IMG/VR virus record: IMGVR_UViG_3300028374_000796
Strand: one strand, 5' to 3'
DNA: 64,000 bases
Source of the DNA: a virus
In this document: in pieces, positions 1 through 9,263 of the stretch
Layout: every line of letters begins with the position of its first letter
Position numbering within the stretch: the first letter of the stretch is position 1
Program-made: the position numbers and the translations under genes
Notes under the pieces: generated by a model
The model's database searches: none
Told to the model about the DNA's origin: nothing
Seen by the model: the letters and a program-made list of their open reading frames with translations, nothing else

Positions 1-1976
1 AGCAGACCTTTCGCTTTCTCATAAGGTATGTCGAGAAGCCGGGGAGAAGGCTCATCAAAAAGCTTGGTTCTGATTTTCTTAGCTTTTTTGTCTACCTCAT
101 AAATCTTTCCCACTTCTCCATTGAACACATCCAGATTATAGTCATTTTCCACGATCATTATTCGATCTTCCTCTCGAAAGAACTTGCCCTTACCCAAATT
201 GACTTCTCTTTGACTCTGTCTTGGATTAAGAGACTCTTTAATCTTCTCATTTAAAATATCAACTCCCAAAGGACCTTTGTAAGTAGGACTAAATACCTGG
301 AAAGTGGCGTCACCTTTACCCTTGTAAATCTTCTCTACTACATGAAGAATCCCCGACACAATTTTATCAGGGTCACTTTCTTCGATGAATCTGAAATCGG
401 TTTTGGAAACCGTTGGGTCCCCAATCAACAGTTCCTTTCCTTGTTTGATTCTATGAGCGTTAACGACAATATCCGAAGCGCCCTGTTGACGGAAAATTTC
501 GGTTAGATTAACTCTGTGAATTTTTCCGGAGTTAATCATTTCATGCAAAACATTGCCTGCACCCACTGAGGGTAGTTGATTATCATCCCCCACAAATACC
601 AGAATGGTAGAAGGTTTAAGGGCAGATAACAGATGATACATCAAGTTCTGGTCTAACATTGAAATTTCATCAATGAGAACGGCGTCCGTAACATACTTGT
701 TTTTCTCATTGAACTTCCAGCTTCCGTCTGGAGAATATCCAAGGGTCCTGTGAATGGTACCTGCGTCTTCCCCTACGACGGTAGAGAGTCGTTTAGCAGC
801 AATTCCAGTAGGACTCATCAGTTTGAATTTCTTGCCGCTTTGTTTGAAAAGGCGGACAAGAGCCTTGGAAACGGTAGTTTTCCCTGTGCCCGGCCCCCCT
901 GTTACTAGCAAAACCTTGTTCTCATTTAAGTCTCTAATAGCGCTTTCTTGCTCGTCACTAAACTGGAATTTATAAATCCGTTGATATTCTTCAATAAAAT
1001 CATCGGTATTGATTTTGAGATCGTGGTCGTCGTCACTAAATTCTGAGAGCATACGAGCACAGTTCATCTCTACTTCATAATTCCATTTCAGATAGACCCG
1101 ATCATCTTCCAATACAATTCGGTCTTTTGCCTCTCTTTCTTTTAGTGCAGCTTCCACATCGTTCTGTCCTAAGAATCTTCCAAAGGGCTCTATACCCTTC
1201 TTAGCAGGCATTCGATTAAGAGCCTTGTGTAGACCACTCTTATTTAGATAAAGGTGCCCTCGTTGCTCTGAGGCCACTGTGATAAGGTATTCAAGGAGGG
1301 AAGCGATCCGAAACTCTGAATCGGGTGCAAATCCCATCTGCAAAGCAATCTTATCTGCGGCAGGAAATGATACGTTTTCAACTAGGGCTAACTCATAAGG
1401 ATTATTCTGGATAATATCCAGTGTCTTCTCGCCCAATGTAGCATAAATGCTTTTGACTAAATACGAAGGTAAACCCATTCCCAAAAGAGCCTGAGATACC
1501 TTACCAAACATTCGGGCTTGTCTCCATTCCCTAGCAATGGCTTCTGCTTTCGTATCAGATAGAAAATCTAAATCCCGCAAAGCGTCAGGTTCATTATCAA
1601 GGATATCAAATACTTCATCCTCCCCGAAGTGCCCAACGATCTTACCTGCTACAACAGGACCCACTGAGGGCAACTGTGCTGCAATATAACCTTCTTTGGC
1701 TTCTCGACCGTCATAGATAGGTTCATAGGATTCTGCTTTAAACGTATATCCATATTTCGGGTGTTTTTCCCACTCTCCTTTAACTTTTATTTCAACTCCA
1801 GGATAGATACGAGGGCTGAAAAAATAGCCTTTGATCTTGGCATTTTTACCATTACCTGCATCAAGGTTGAGAGCCTGAAAAATATAAAAGTCCGAATCCT
1901 TATCTGAAAAGTAAACTTTAGTTACTCGGGCGCGAAAAGATTTGGTACGGGTTTGTGATAGGCTGGAAAAATTCAT
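1..1976 (-). CDS. recD2: RecD2/TraA-family SF1B helicase (3' end runs off the window)
   Basis: Absent from the ORF track because it has no stop in the window. ATG at 1976. My translation shows an N-terminal OB/HhH region, Walker A VTGGPGTGKTT (about 870-905), motif II VLIDEISM and VGDDNQLPSVG. Confidence 0.9.
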   Translation of the reverse strand, partial: MNFSSLSQTRTKSFRARVTKVYFSDKDSDFYIFQALNLDAGNGKNAKIKGYFFSPRIYPGVEIKVKGEWEKHPKYGYTFKAESYEPIYDGREAKEGYIAAQLPSVGPVVAGKIVGHFGEDEVFDILDNEPDALRDLDFLSDTKAEAIAREWRQARMFGKVSQALLGMGLPSYLVKSIYATLGEKTLDIIQNNPYELALVENVSFPAADKIALQMGFAPDSEFRIASLLEYLITVASEQRGHLYLNKSGLHKALNRMPAKKGIEPFGRFLGQNDVEAALKEREAKDRIVLEDDRVYLKWNYEVEMNCARMLSEFSDDDHDLKINTDDFIEEYQRIYKFQFSDEQESAIRDLNENKVLLVTGGPGTGKTTVSKALVRLFKQSGKKFKLMSPTGIAAKRLSTVVGEDAGTIHRTLGYSPDGSWKFNEKNKYVTDAVLIDEISMLDQNLMYHLLSALKPSTILVFVGDDNQLPSVGAGNVLHEMINSGKIHRVNLTEIFRQQGASDIVVNAHRIKQGKELLIGDPTVSKTDFRFIEESDPDKIVSGILHVVEKIYKGKGDATFQVFSPTYKGPLGVDILNEKIKESLNPRQSQREVNLGKGKFFREEDRIMIVENDYNLDVFNGEVGKIYEVDKKAKKIRTKLFDEPSPRLLDIPYEKAKGL

Positions 1977-2123
1977 TTAGTGACCATTACCTGTGAGATC
2001 TTATTGGAGATGTTAAAAATATCTAATTCTTTAACGCTTTAGAAAGGGATCCTGTTCCAAAAAAGGGTGAAGACCTTTTCCAGATCTCCACCCTTCTTAT
2101 CCCCTCATTCCTGTAGTTAAATC

Positions 2124-2315
2124 TTAACGAGAAACACTTACACTTGTACTTGTATTTGGAGGTACCAAAAAGTCTTGACCCAGATAATAGACCGTACCCT
2201 GTCCAAGTGAATCCGCAATGGCCATTTGAACATCAGCATCTTTATGAAGACGTAAATATTCCAAATAGGTGGGAGTCAACTGTGTTCTAATGGCTTCGAT
2301 ACCTTCTGCTCCTTT
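2124..2315 (-). pseudogene. Start-less remnant resembling the C-terminus of an SPFH/prohibitin-family protein
   Basis: 63 open codons in frame directly after the RNA ligase TAA: KGAEGIEAIRTQLTPTYLEYLRLHKDADVQ...; resemblance is by eye only. Confidence 0.3.
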
Positions 2316-3395
2316 TTAATTATACTCAGTTGCTTCGCCACCACGTACCAGATAAGATTCTGATACGTTTTTCAAAATTACACGTCCCAGTCGCGGGTGC
2401 TGGCGTTCCTTGATAGGTTTAATTACTACACCTTCACGGATATGAAGTTCATCCCCTGTAACTTGTTCTTGACCATCAGTGATATCCTCCAATACTTCTT
2501 CGGAGAAGGGACCTCTATAGAGAACAGGAACTCCAGGAATATCATACGTTTCCAGAAAAGCGTCTAAGTCTTCTACGTTCAAATAATGACCATCGCTTTC
2601 GTATCCAATATGAACATCGAAAACTGCAAGCCCGATCTCAGAGGAGTTTCCGCCGTATGAGAGGTCCTGGATACCATAAACTTCGCCAAGAATAAAGACC
2701 GGTTTTCCGTAGAACTCTACAGCTTGTTCTAATTTCTTGGGAAGACCCTGCTGTCGGGCAGCTTTCAGATACAGGTTATCTTTGTTTGCAGTAGAGTTAG
2801 GCTTGAATACCAGACCTTTAGAACCTAATCCTTTAGAGGCGACCACTAGGGGACCATACTCGGGATCCTGATCTTCTTCAAGAAGAAAACCTGCTTGAAA
2901 ATTTGTACCGTGAATTTTTTCTGTAATACAAACTTCTTCTCCGTCTTCCAGTACCTCTGGAAACCGTTTGATATTTTCAAGATCGTATTTCATGGTTTTG
3001 GCAGGTCCCAAGGCATATACCTCACCACCCATATCCAAAGGAATCTTCGGGACGTATTTTTCGATTCCCAGTTCTTCGGCCACATCCTGACCTTCCTCCC
3101 ATTCGGATCTGGCTGGGTAGCAAAGTCCCTGTGAAAGAACACCACGTAATCGAGCAGCCTTAACTCTATTGCCCTTAGATCCAGCTAATTTCCCTTCCAA
3201 ACCCATTTCTTTCAAAATAGGATTAGGGACAATAGATCCTTCTGGAAAATAGGCAACAAGATCCCCATCCTTGAATTGGTCTTTTCCGACAATAGACTTG
3301 AAATTGGTACCAACGATTTGAGCAATTTCAAGTCGGTCAGCATTGGGATGATTTTCAATACGAACTTTAACTACTTCTACTACAAATTCTGCCAT
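2316..3395 (-). CDS. RNA ligase, DRB0094-like (N-terminal OB fold plus nucleotidyltransferase)
   Basis: N-terminal HPNADRLE...GK...F..GDLV.YFPEGS; adenylation motif EKIHGTN; motif IV EGVVIK; motif V ILKNVS. Confidence 0.9.
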   Translation of the reverse strand: MAEFVVEVVKVRIENHPNADRLEIAQIVGTNFKSIVGKDQFKDGDLVAYFPEGSIVPNPILKEMGLEGKLAGSKGNRVKAARLRGVLSQGLCYPARSEWEEGQDVAEELGIEKYVPKIPLDMGGEVYALGPAKTMKYDLENIKRFPEVLEDGEEVCITEKIHGTNFQAGFLLEEDQDPEYGPLVVASKGLGSKGLVFKPNSTANKDNLYLKAARQQGLPKKLEQAVEFYGKPVFILGEVYGIQDLSYGGNSSEIGLAVFDVHIGYESDGHYLNVEDLDAFLETYDIPGVPVLYRGPFSEEVLEDITDGQEQVTGDELHIREGVVIKPIKERQHPRLGRVILKNVSESYLVRGGEATEYN

Positions 3396-3415
3396 TTTAC
3401 TACCTACTATTATCT

Positions 3416-4066
3416 TTATGTCAATAAGTTATTCAAATCTCCACTCATCTCCCTAAGGAACTCTTTTGCTCCGATGACCGCCTCTTTTTCATTTTTATAA
3501 GAATTACTAGTTTCTAAGGCATACGTAGGGAAACTTATAGAAAGGACCACTTCATCCTTCCTCCTCTTAAATCGAATTTGAGGCATCAAGGTAGAAGACC
3601 TTACATCATATTGTCCAGAATTACCAGAGGAAAAATTAAATCTAGCAGGATCCATTTTTCCATTCCACAGAGCCAGCCTAAGATTTTGGATCTCCGTACC
3701 GTTTTTAAGGTCTTTATCATGGCTTCCATCTTCTCTCATGACTAAGGTAGCTTCTCTAGGATATATAATAGTACGGTTACTATCCTTGGGATCTCTAGCA
3801 GATAAAAGACCCTTTATCCATTCACCACTTACCACAAGTAAGGTTCCTTTGGATAAATTTTTTGTCTTTTTCACTAAGCAAACGATATCATTCCTCTTGG
3901 GATCCTTAGAACCGTCTGCATACAAAAGATCATCTCCTTCTGGAACATAACTATACCAAGTAGGATGTCCAAAAAAGATTTTATGACATTGAGTACAGAT
4001 AGTCTCCATTGGTGAGCACCAACCATAAGAACAGCGGATACATCTATGGTGATAAGGATTTGTCAT
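3416..4066 (-). CDS. Hypothetical protein with an N-terminal Cys cluster
   Basis: 216-aa ORF in a tightly packed operon; CxxC...CxxC near the N-terminus. Confidence 0.7.
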   Translation of the reverse strand: MTNPYHHRCIRCSYGWCSPMETICTQCHKIFFGHPTWYSYVPEGDDLLYADGSKDPKRNDIVCLVKKTKNLSKGTLLVVSGEWIKGLLSARDPKDSNRTIIYPREATLVMREDGSHDKDLKNGTEIQNLRLALWNGKMDPARFNFSSGNSGQYDVRSSTLMPQIRFKRRKDEVVLSISFPTYALETSNSYKNEKEAVIGAKEFLREMSGDLNNLLT

Positions 4067-4281
4067 AGGTTGCGATCCCTTCGTTGGACCTCTTTTACCA
4101 CACTATCCTCAGGTAATCGATCTGCCATGACTCTGGGGCATGAGATATATTCAGGAGGGTCATCGCTATATCGTGCGATCAAAGAACTATGACACGAATA
4201 GAGGTCATAAGTTAGGCCTCCGTGTTCATACTCACCAAGGAAAGTACATTTATCACAATCATGTTCGTAATTCTTTTTCAT
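4063..4281 (-). CDS. Small hypothetical protein
   Basis: 72 aa; overlaps or abuts both neighbours on the same strand; HDCDKC motif. Confidence 0.7.
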   Translation of the reverse strand: MKKNYEHDCDKCTFLGEYEHGGLTYDLYSCHSSLIARYSDDPPEYISCPRVMADRLPEDSVVKEVQRRDRNL

Positions 4282-6240
4282 TCAACTTTTCTCCATCATA
4301 GCAAAAAGCTCATCTTCTCCAATGATGGGAGTCTCATACTTATGAGCTTTTTTAGCCTTGGATGAAGTAGAAGTCTTATCATTACATACTAAATAGGTCA
4401 AGCTCTGTGAGACACTTTTCTTCACATCCCCACCATTATCCTTGATCATCTTCTCGATGACCTTACGAGGCTTGTCCAGCTTTCCAGTAATACAAAAAGA
4501 CATACCTTTCAAAGGACCTGCATTGGAAACGATGCTCACATAGTTTAGCAAATCTTCAATCATGTCTTCCCGATCTTTTAATCCTTGAACCAGTGAAGAG
4601 GCTTTCCCTTCCCCAACTCCTCGGGCGGCAGAAATTTGAAGTACCGAAGAAGTTCGGATTTGGTCCAATGTATCCTGACCCGATTTCATGACCTTCTTAA
4701 TGGTACTATTTGAACAGATTGGAATATTGAGTCCTCCCAAAAACTGATCCAAAGTGACCTCAGTTCTGGAATGCAAAAGGTCCAATAGCTTATTGGCAGT
4801 TTTCAACCCTACAATAGCTCCTCCCGTATTTTGAAGATTAGCAATGTCATCAGGATCTAATCGGTAGAGATCTGCAATCGTAGTAACCAAACCTTCTTCT
4901 ACCAGAGCGTTTAAGACGAACTCTCCCCAGTCCAAAAGGTCAAGGGAAGCTACCCATGCCTTTAGAGTGCCGGATACCCTAGAAGGGCATTCAGGAGACT
5001 CACATGCGAGATATTTACCGTCTACTACCAACGTAGAAGAACAGGACGGACAGTGTGTAGGGATATCAAGGATCCCTTCCGAATTTTTCTTAATGACTTC
5101 TTGAACTCTGGGGATCACGTCATTAGCCCTTTTTACCAGAATATCATCTCCAATATTCAACCCTAATTGTTGGATATAAGAAACATTGTACAAAGAAGCT
5201 CTTTGCACTTCAGCGCCTACCAACGTTACCAGGTCAAAAACAGCGACAGGGGTTACTCTTCCCGTATTACCCACTTGCCAGATTACTTCTTGGAGAGTAG
5301 ATGGTGCCACTTCTGCGCTAAATTTAAGAGCGACAGATCCGTGTGGACGTCGGTTTCGATCCCCTGCCCGATTAAAAACCTTTTGGTCGTGATATCGAAT
5401 GACCAGACCATCAATTTCATAGAACAATTCATCCCTGTGATGGTCTTCATAGGCGACATAGACCTCTCCAATTTCTTCCATAGACAAAGGACCTCCATGT
5501 CCTGGAGTCATTAGATCACAAGAATCAATGAAGATAAACTTTTCGGTTTGATCTTCAAAGTTGTAACCGTCAATGAAAGCTTCGTAGACATAGACCGAAA
5601 GATATTCGCACCTTTTTGCTTTTTCACGAGACTCTACTCTGGCCAGACCTGATGCAGCATTTCGGGGATTAGAATAATCTTCAAAATGAACATCAAACCA
5701 GTCGTGCGTTAGGACGATCTCTCCCCGAAAAGTGCCGGTAATGGGTTTAGACTGTGGATTAGGGGGTTCAATATGACGGGGAACTCCACGCATCAAAACT
5801 ACGTTGGCTATGATATCTTCTCCAAGGTGGCCGTCTCCCCTAGTAACCGCAGAAACCAATTTACCTTTTTCATATTGAAGAGCAATAGAAATTCCATCCA
5901 TTTTCTCGGACCAGAAAAGGACTTTTTCTTCGGAAAGATCTGAGGCTTGTGATCTTAGAGCAGGGCCGCTCGATTCCAACCATTTGCTCATATCCTCTAG
6001 TGAGTTAGCCTTGTTTAGCGAACCCATAGGAATAACATGAGGAACTTTTTTCCACTTGGTCTTAGTGTCTGCTTGCGCTCCGACATTAGCGAGGATTGAG
6101 GAATCGGGATGAAGGTCTCGGAGTTCATCTTCTAGAGCATCGAAAGCTTGGTCACTGATCTCAGGATCATCGTTATAGTACGCTTCTCGATGGTACTCAA
6201 TCAGTTGCTCTAGCTCTTCAATTCTATTTTGATCACTCAT
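4282..6240 (-). CDS. ligA: NAD-dependent DNA ligase
   Basis: YY..DP.ISD..FD domain Ia; EKMDG adenylation motif; IDGLV; QVGNTGRVTPVA OB fold; Cys4 zinc finger; HhH repeats; C-terminal BRCT (FCITGKL). Confidence 0.97.
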   Translation of the reverse strand: MSDQNRIEELEQLIEYHREAYYNDDPEISDQAFDALEDELRDLHPDSSILANVGAQADTKTKWKKVPHVIPMGSLNKANSLEDMSKWLESSGPALRSQASDLSEEKVLFWSEKMDGISIALQYEKGKLVSAVTRGDGHLGEDIIANVVLMRGVPRHIEPPNPQSKPITGTFRGEIVLTHDWFDVHFEDYSNPRNAASGLARVESREKAKRCEYLSVYVYEAFIDGYNFEDQTEKFIFIDSCDLMTPGHGGPLSMEEIGEVYVAYEDHHRDELFYEIDGLVIRYHDQKVFNRAGDRNRRPHGSVALKFSAEVAPSTLQEVIWQVGNTGRVTPVAVFDLVTLVGAEVQRASLYNVSYIQQLGLNIGDDILVKRANDVIPRVQEVIKKNSEGILDIPTHCPSCSSTLVVDGKYLACESPECPSRVSGTLKAWVASLDLLDWGEFVLNALVEEGLVTTIADLYRLDPDDIANLQNTGGAIVGLKTANKLLDLLHSRTEVTLDQFLGGLNIPICSNSTIKKVMKSGQDTLDQIRTSSVLQISAARGVGEGKASSLVQGLKDREDMIEDLLNYVSIVSNAGPLKGMSFCITGKLDKPRKVIEKMIKDNGGDVKKSVSQSLTYLVCNDKTSTSSKAKKAHKYETPIIGEDELFAMMEKS

Positions 6241-6283
6241 TATAGATTTTTCCTTTATTTTGAATTCAATTATACCTGTGCCC

Positions 6284-6312
6284 TATATACCCTGGTTCTA
6301 GGAAAATTACAA
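6284..6312 (-). promoter_or_regulatory. Promoter, CCAGGG family (TTGTAA-N17-TATATA), upstream of ligA
   Basis: Minus strand reads TTGTAA ttttcctagaaccaggg TATATA; six other copies with the same geometry. Confidence 0.75.
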
Positions 6313-6321
6313 GCTCCAAAT

Positions 6322-6357
6322 AAAAAACCGCCCCTCATCCCTAAGGATGGAAGCGGC
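6322..6357 (-). terminator. Probable intrinsic terminator after 6382-6786
   Basis: Imperfect GC-rich hairpin followed by a T run on the minus strand. Confidence 0.45.
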
Positions 6358-6381
6358 TTAGTAGGTATAGACTCGAAAACT

Positions 6382-6786
6382 TTAGATGCGAGACTGTTCT
6401 TTATACAGTTCAATCATATCCACGATCTTACCTGCTGCGAACGTCTCACCAGTACGGGAGGGATCATTCACACTTCGGGGTCCGGTTCCGGAAATCTGTA
6501 CGATCACGGTGCCTTCGTCGAACCGGACAGAATATTTCATCTGACGAGGATCGAAAGATACCTCAGTGTCCTGACCGCGATAAGATACTATATAATGATG
6601 TCTTCCGACCTTTTTAACGGATCTCATAGCCTCTTGTTTCTTTTCCTCACGATATTTGATATAAGCGGGATCCCAGTCTTCTTCTGAAGCGTTAACTTCG
6701 ACCGCTGCAATAATTTTTTGGAGATGAGGTCTAAGTTCAGGGGTATCAGAACCCAAACGAATAAGTTGGTTTTTCAAGTTTGACAT
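6382..6786 (-). CDS. Hypothetical protein with the shared N-terminal leader
   Basis: Begins MSNLKNQLIRLGSDTPELRPHLQKII. Confidence 0.85.
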   Translation of the reverse strand: MSNLKNQLIRLGSDTPELRPHLQKIIAAVEVNASEEDWDPAYIKYREEKKQEAMRSVKKVGRHHYIVSYRGQDTEVSFDPRQMKYSVRFDEGTVIVQISGTGPRSVNDPSRTGETFAAGKIVDMIELYKEQSRI

Positions 6787-6835
6787 AGGAAGCGTCCTTT
6801 GGTTAAGTATAAAGTAGTACTACATAAAAGCTAAA

Positions 6836-8335
6836 TTACAGGTTCAATAGATCCATTATTTCATCCACCCTATTAGAAGTTTCAGGATCTTCATCGTCAT
6901 TAGAATCATCGTCTAACATTTGATCGAAAGTGTCCTTGATTTCTTCTTCTTTTTGATGCGCATCAAATTCCTTCTGGAAGTCATCAAACCACTCATCTTT
7001 CTCCATAGGTTCCTGAGGAACATCGACCACTTTGTGGCCATCTCTAACTTCTTTATAGAAAATATACTTGACAGGAACCTTGCGTATTCTTAACTCTCTC
7101 GCAATGGCTAACCTGTGGTTTCCTTCTCCAACTTTCGCGTATCCGTTCTTTCCGAAAATAACAATAACGGGCTGTTGATCTTTTCTCCATCCGTTCTTAG
7201 CCATATCTTCTTTGATGGCATCCCATTTCTGAGGTCCCGGCAGGTCTACGTCTTTTCCGTCAACGAGCGCCCACCCTGCTCTTGCTGTGGATCGGGTCCA
7301 AGTATACTCTCGTAACTGCCAAAGCTCTCTGGGGGAATGATAGGCATGGATATGAGCATCATAGGTTTGATCAGATTCTAATGCCCATCTCTCCGCAACT
7401 TCCTCCAGTGAAAGATTCTCTTTGCGTGGATCATAATAGTCGTTACGGGCTACAATAACCCTTTCAGCTATTCTGGTAGCCATAAAATGTTGGGAAGCAA
7501 TCCTAGAAGCTACAGATTTCTTATTTAGAGTTCCCATAGGCTTTCCTTCCTTTATATAATGCTCTTCAAACCCAGGAACAAGATACTGATTCCGTAAAGT
7601 TGCATCTTCATGGCCTAACTCTTTGCAAACCTCTTCAAGGGCTTTTTTGAACTCTTGTTCTAGAAGTTCTTTTTTCTCTTTTTTATCAGAAGGAAGATTT
7701 GGACCCTTTTTTCGCACTTCTTTAAGAGCCTCCCGCATTAGATCGTTCGCATGATATCCTCGAATATCCTTGGCAGTGATATCAAATTCTTCCAAATAGT
7801 TGTTTACGTCGGCAGCGCGAATACAAAGAGAATCGTCTTCGTCTCCCTCACATTCAAATATAGAGTCATCTTTGGACAGATTTTTTAAACGTTCTTTCAG
7901 TACCTTAACTAGCTGTTTATCATTAACAGTTTTGTCCTGTTTGACCCCTGATTTTCCTACATATTTAATCTTGGCTTTACCCTTGGAAAAAGTAACATGC
8001 TTCTTTCTCCAGGTCGTTGTTCCAAAATGACCATGATCATCTGCGCTATCTAAATTACCCACCCTAGAGTAGGTTTCATCCATGAGTCCTACTGCCAGTG
8101 CTTTCATTCGCACCTTCCAGTCATCTGACTTCAGGTCTTCTTTTACCTTCTTTCGGATCTTGGAAATAGATGAATCAAGTTTTTCCACTTGATCTGCTTT
8201 TGCCTTATTACGTTCTTTGATCTGGTAATTTGAATACTCATAAACAGTATCCCCACTTTCAGTGGTCTTTTTAGATTTGTATTGGGTCTTTGGCATAATA
8301 AATTTACTGGTTGCGGAGTATATCTGCCAAGGCAT
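6836..8335 (-). CDS. DNA topoisomerase IB catalytic domain fused to a ParB/Srx-like domain
   Basis: Catalytic pentad present: R (YSRVGN), K (YVGKSGV), R (AKDIRGYHAN), H (LGHED), Y (LRNQYL). The C-terminal half has PVIV...VGEGNHRLAIA. Confidence 0.88.
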   Translation of the reverse strand: MPWQIYSATSKFIMPKTQYKSKKTTESGDTVYEYSNYQIKERNKAKADQVEKLDSSISKIRKKVKEDLKSDDWKVRMKALAVGLMDETYSRVGNLDSADDHGHFGTTTWRKKHVTFSKGKAKIKYVGKSGVKQDKTVNDKQLVKVLKERLKNLSKDDSIFECEGDEDDSLCIRAADVNNYLEEFDITAKDIRGYHANDLMREALKEVRKKGPNLPSDKKEKKELLEQEFKKALEEVCKELGHEDATLRNQYLVPGFEEHYIKEGKPMGTLNKKSVASRIASQHFMATRIAERVIVARNDYYDPRKENLSLEEVAERWALESDQTYDAHIHAYHSPRELWQLREYTWTRSTARAGWALVDGKDVDLPGPQKWDAIKEDMAKNGWRKDQQPVIVIFGKNGYAKVGEGNHRLAIARELRIRKVPVKYIFYKEVRDGHKVVDVPQEPMEKDEWFDDFQKEFDAHQKEEEIKDTFDQMLDDDSNDDEDPETSNRVDEIMDLLNL

Positions 8336-8510
8336 CTAGCTCTTTTAATCCAACAACGGTACAACGGACCTCTTTATCGAGATACTGGGCTAGGACCTCT
8401 TCTAAGTCTACCAGGGTTCCGTCTACCTGTTCGATTTGATAAGGGCCATCTTCTTCTTTTCGGAGATAGCCTTCTAATAGATGTCCTAATGATGAGGGAA
8501 ACTGACTCAT
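8304..8510 (-). CDS. Small hypothetical protein
   Basis: 68-aa ORF co-oriented with and overlapping the next gene. Confidence 0.6.
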   Translation of the reverse strand: MSQFPSSLGHLLEGYLRKEEDGPYQIEQVDGTLVDLEEVLAQYLDKEVRCTVVGLKELDALADILRNQ

Positions 8511-8537
8511 AAAAATTCCTTTACTTGTAGTATCTAA

Positions 8538-8954
8538 TTAGTTGTAAACTTCAATGCTAGGCAGCTGAATAGCCATTTTAGCTGTATCTCCCCTTTCAAT
8601 TAAGGTAACAACATCTTTCCAGGCGGAGTCTTCGATCTTCATGTTCGCAGCTTTTTCAATTTCCGAACGAAGACCTGAAAGCCCTTTAGTTGTGATAGTA
8701 GTTTCCGAGCTATTATGTGTAATTCTCCATTCCGCATCTTTAGGAATAGGATCCCCAATTCGATGATCTCGATTCATGGGACCTCCAATCCAAATATGTA
8801 TTTGGTTTTGTGAATTTACTCTTAAAGGTTTAAGAGCAGTCTTCTCCAGTGTAGCTAGAACAGGACGGAGGTGATATCTCAACTCAGGGTTAGTTGATCC
8901 TAGTTTAATAAGTTGTTCTTTTAGATTAGTCATTTTAGCCTCTTTTTTAGGCAC
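8538..8954 (-). CDS. Hypothetical protein with the shared N-terminal leader (probable start ATG 8933)
   Basis: MTNLKEQLIKLGSTNPELRYHLRPVLATLEKTA. Confidence 0.85.
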   Translation of the reverse strand: MPKKEAKMTNLKEQLIKLGSTNPELRYHLRPVLATLEKTALKPLRVNSQNQIHIWIGGPMNRDHRIGDPIPKDAEWRITHNSSETTITTKGLSGLRSEIEKAANMKIEDSAWKDVVTLIERGDTAKMAIQLPSIEVYN

Positions 8955-9001
8955 AAAAAGGAAAGGAACAGTATTTCTACTGTCCCTTTAATATTAATTC
9001 T

Positions 9002-9196
9002 TTATTCAGCATCTTCCGCTGGTAGCTCAGGTGCTTCAACAACAACTTCTTCTTCGCTATCAAGAAGCTCCTCAACTTTTTCAAAGGCTGCATCAAAAGC
9101 GCCAAGGAAGTAGGAAGCTCCCATAACAACTGCTACGACGATAGAGGCTAGAAGTTTACGAGATTTGATTTCCTGTACTATTTTACTGAGATTCAT
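9002..9196 (-). CDS. Small single-pass membrane protein
   Basis: Hydrophobic LLASIVVAVVMGASYFLGAF, acidic tail, GGAGA RBS. Confidence 0.7.
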   Translation of the reverse strand: MNLSKIVQEIKSRKLLASIVVAVVMGASYFLGAFDAAFEKVEELLDSEEEVVVEAPELPAEDAE

Positions 9197-9263
9197 AATA
9201 TCTCCATAAGAGAAAAGGGAAGTGGTAATACTATCCCTCCCTCATTATGAAAAGAATATCAAA

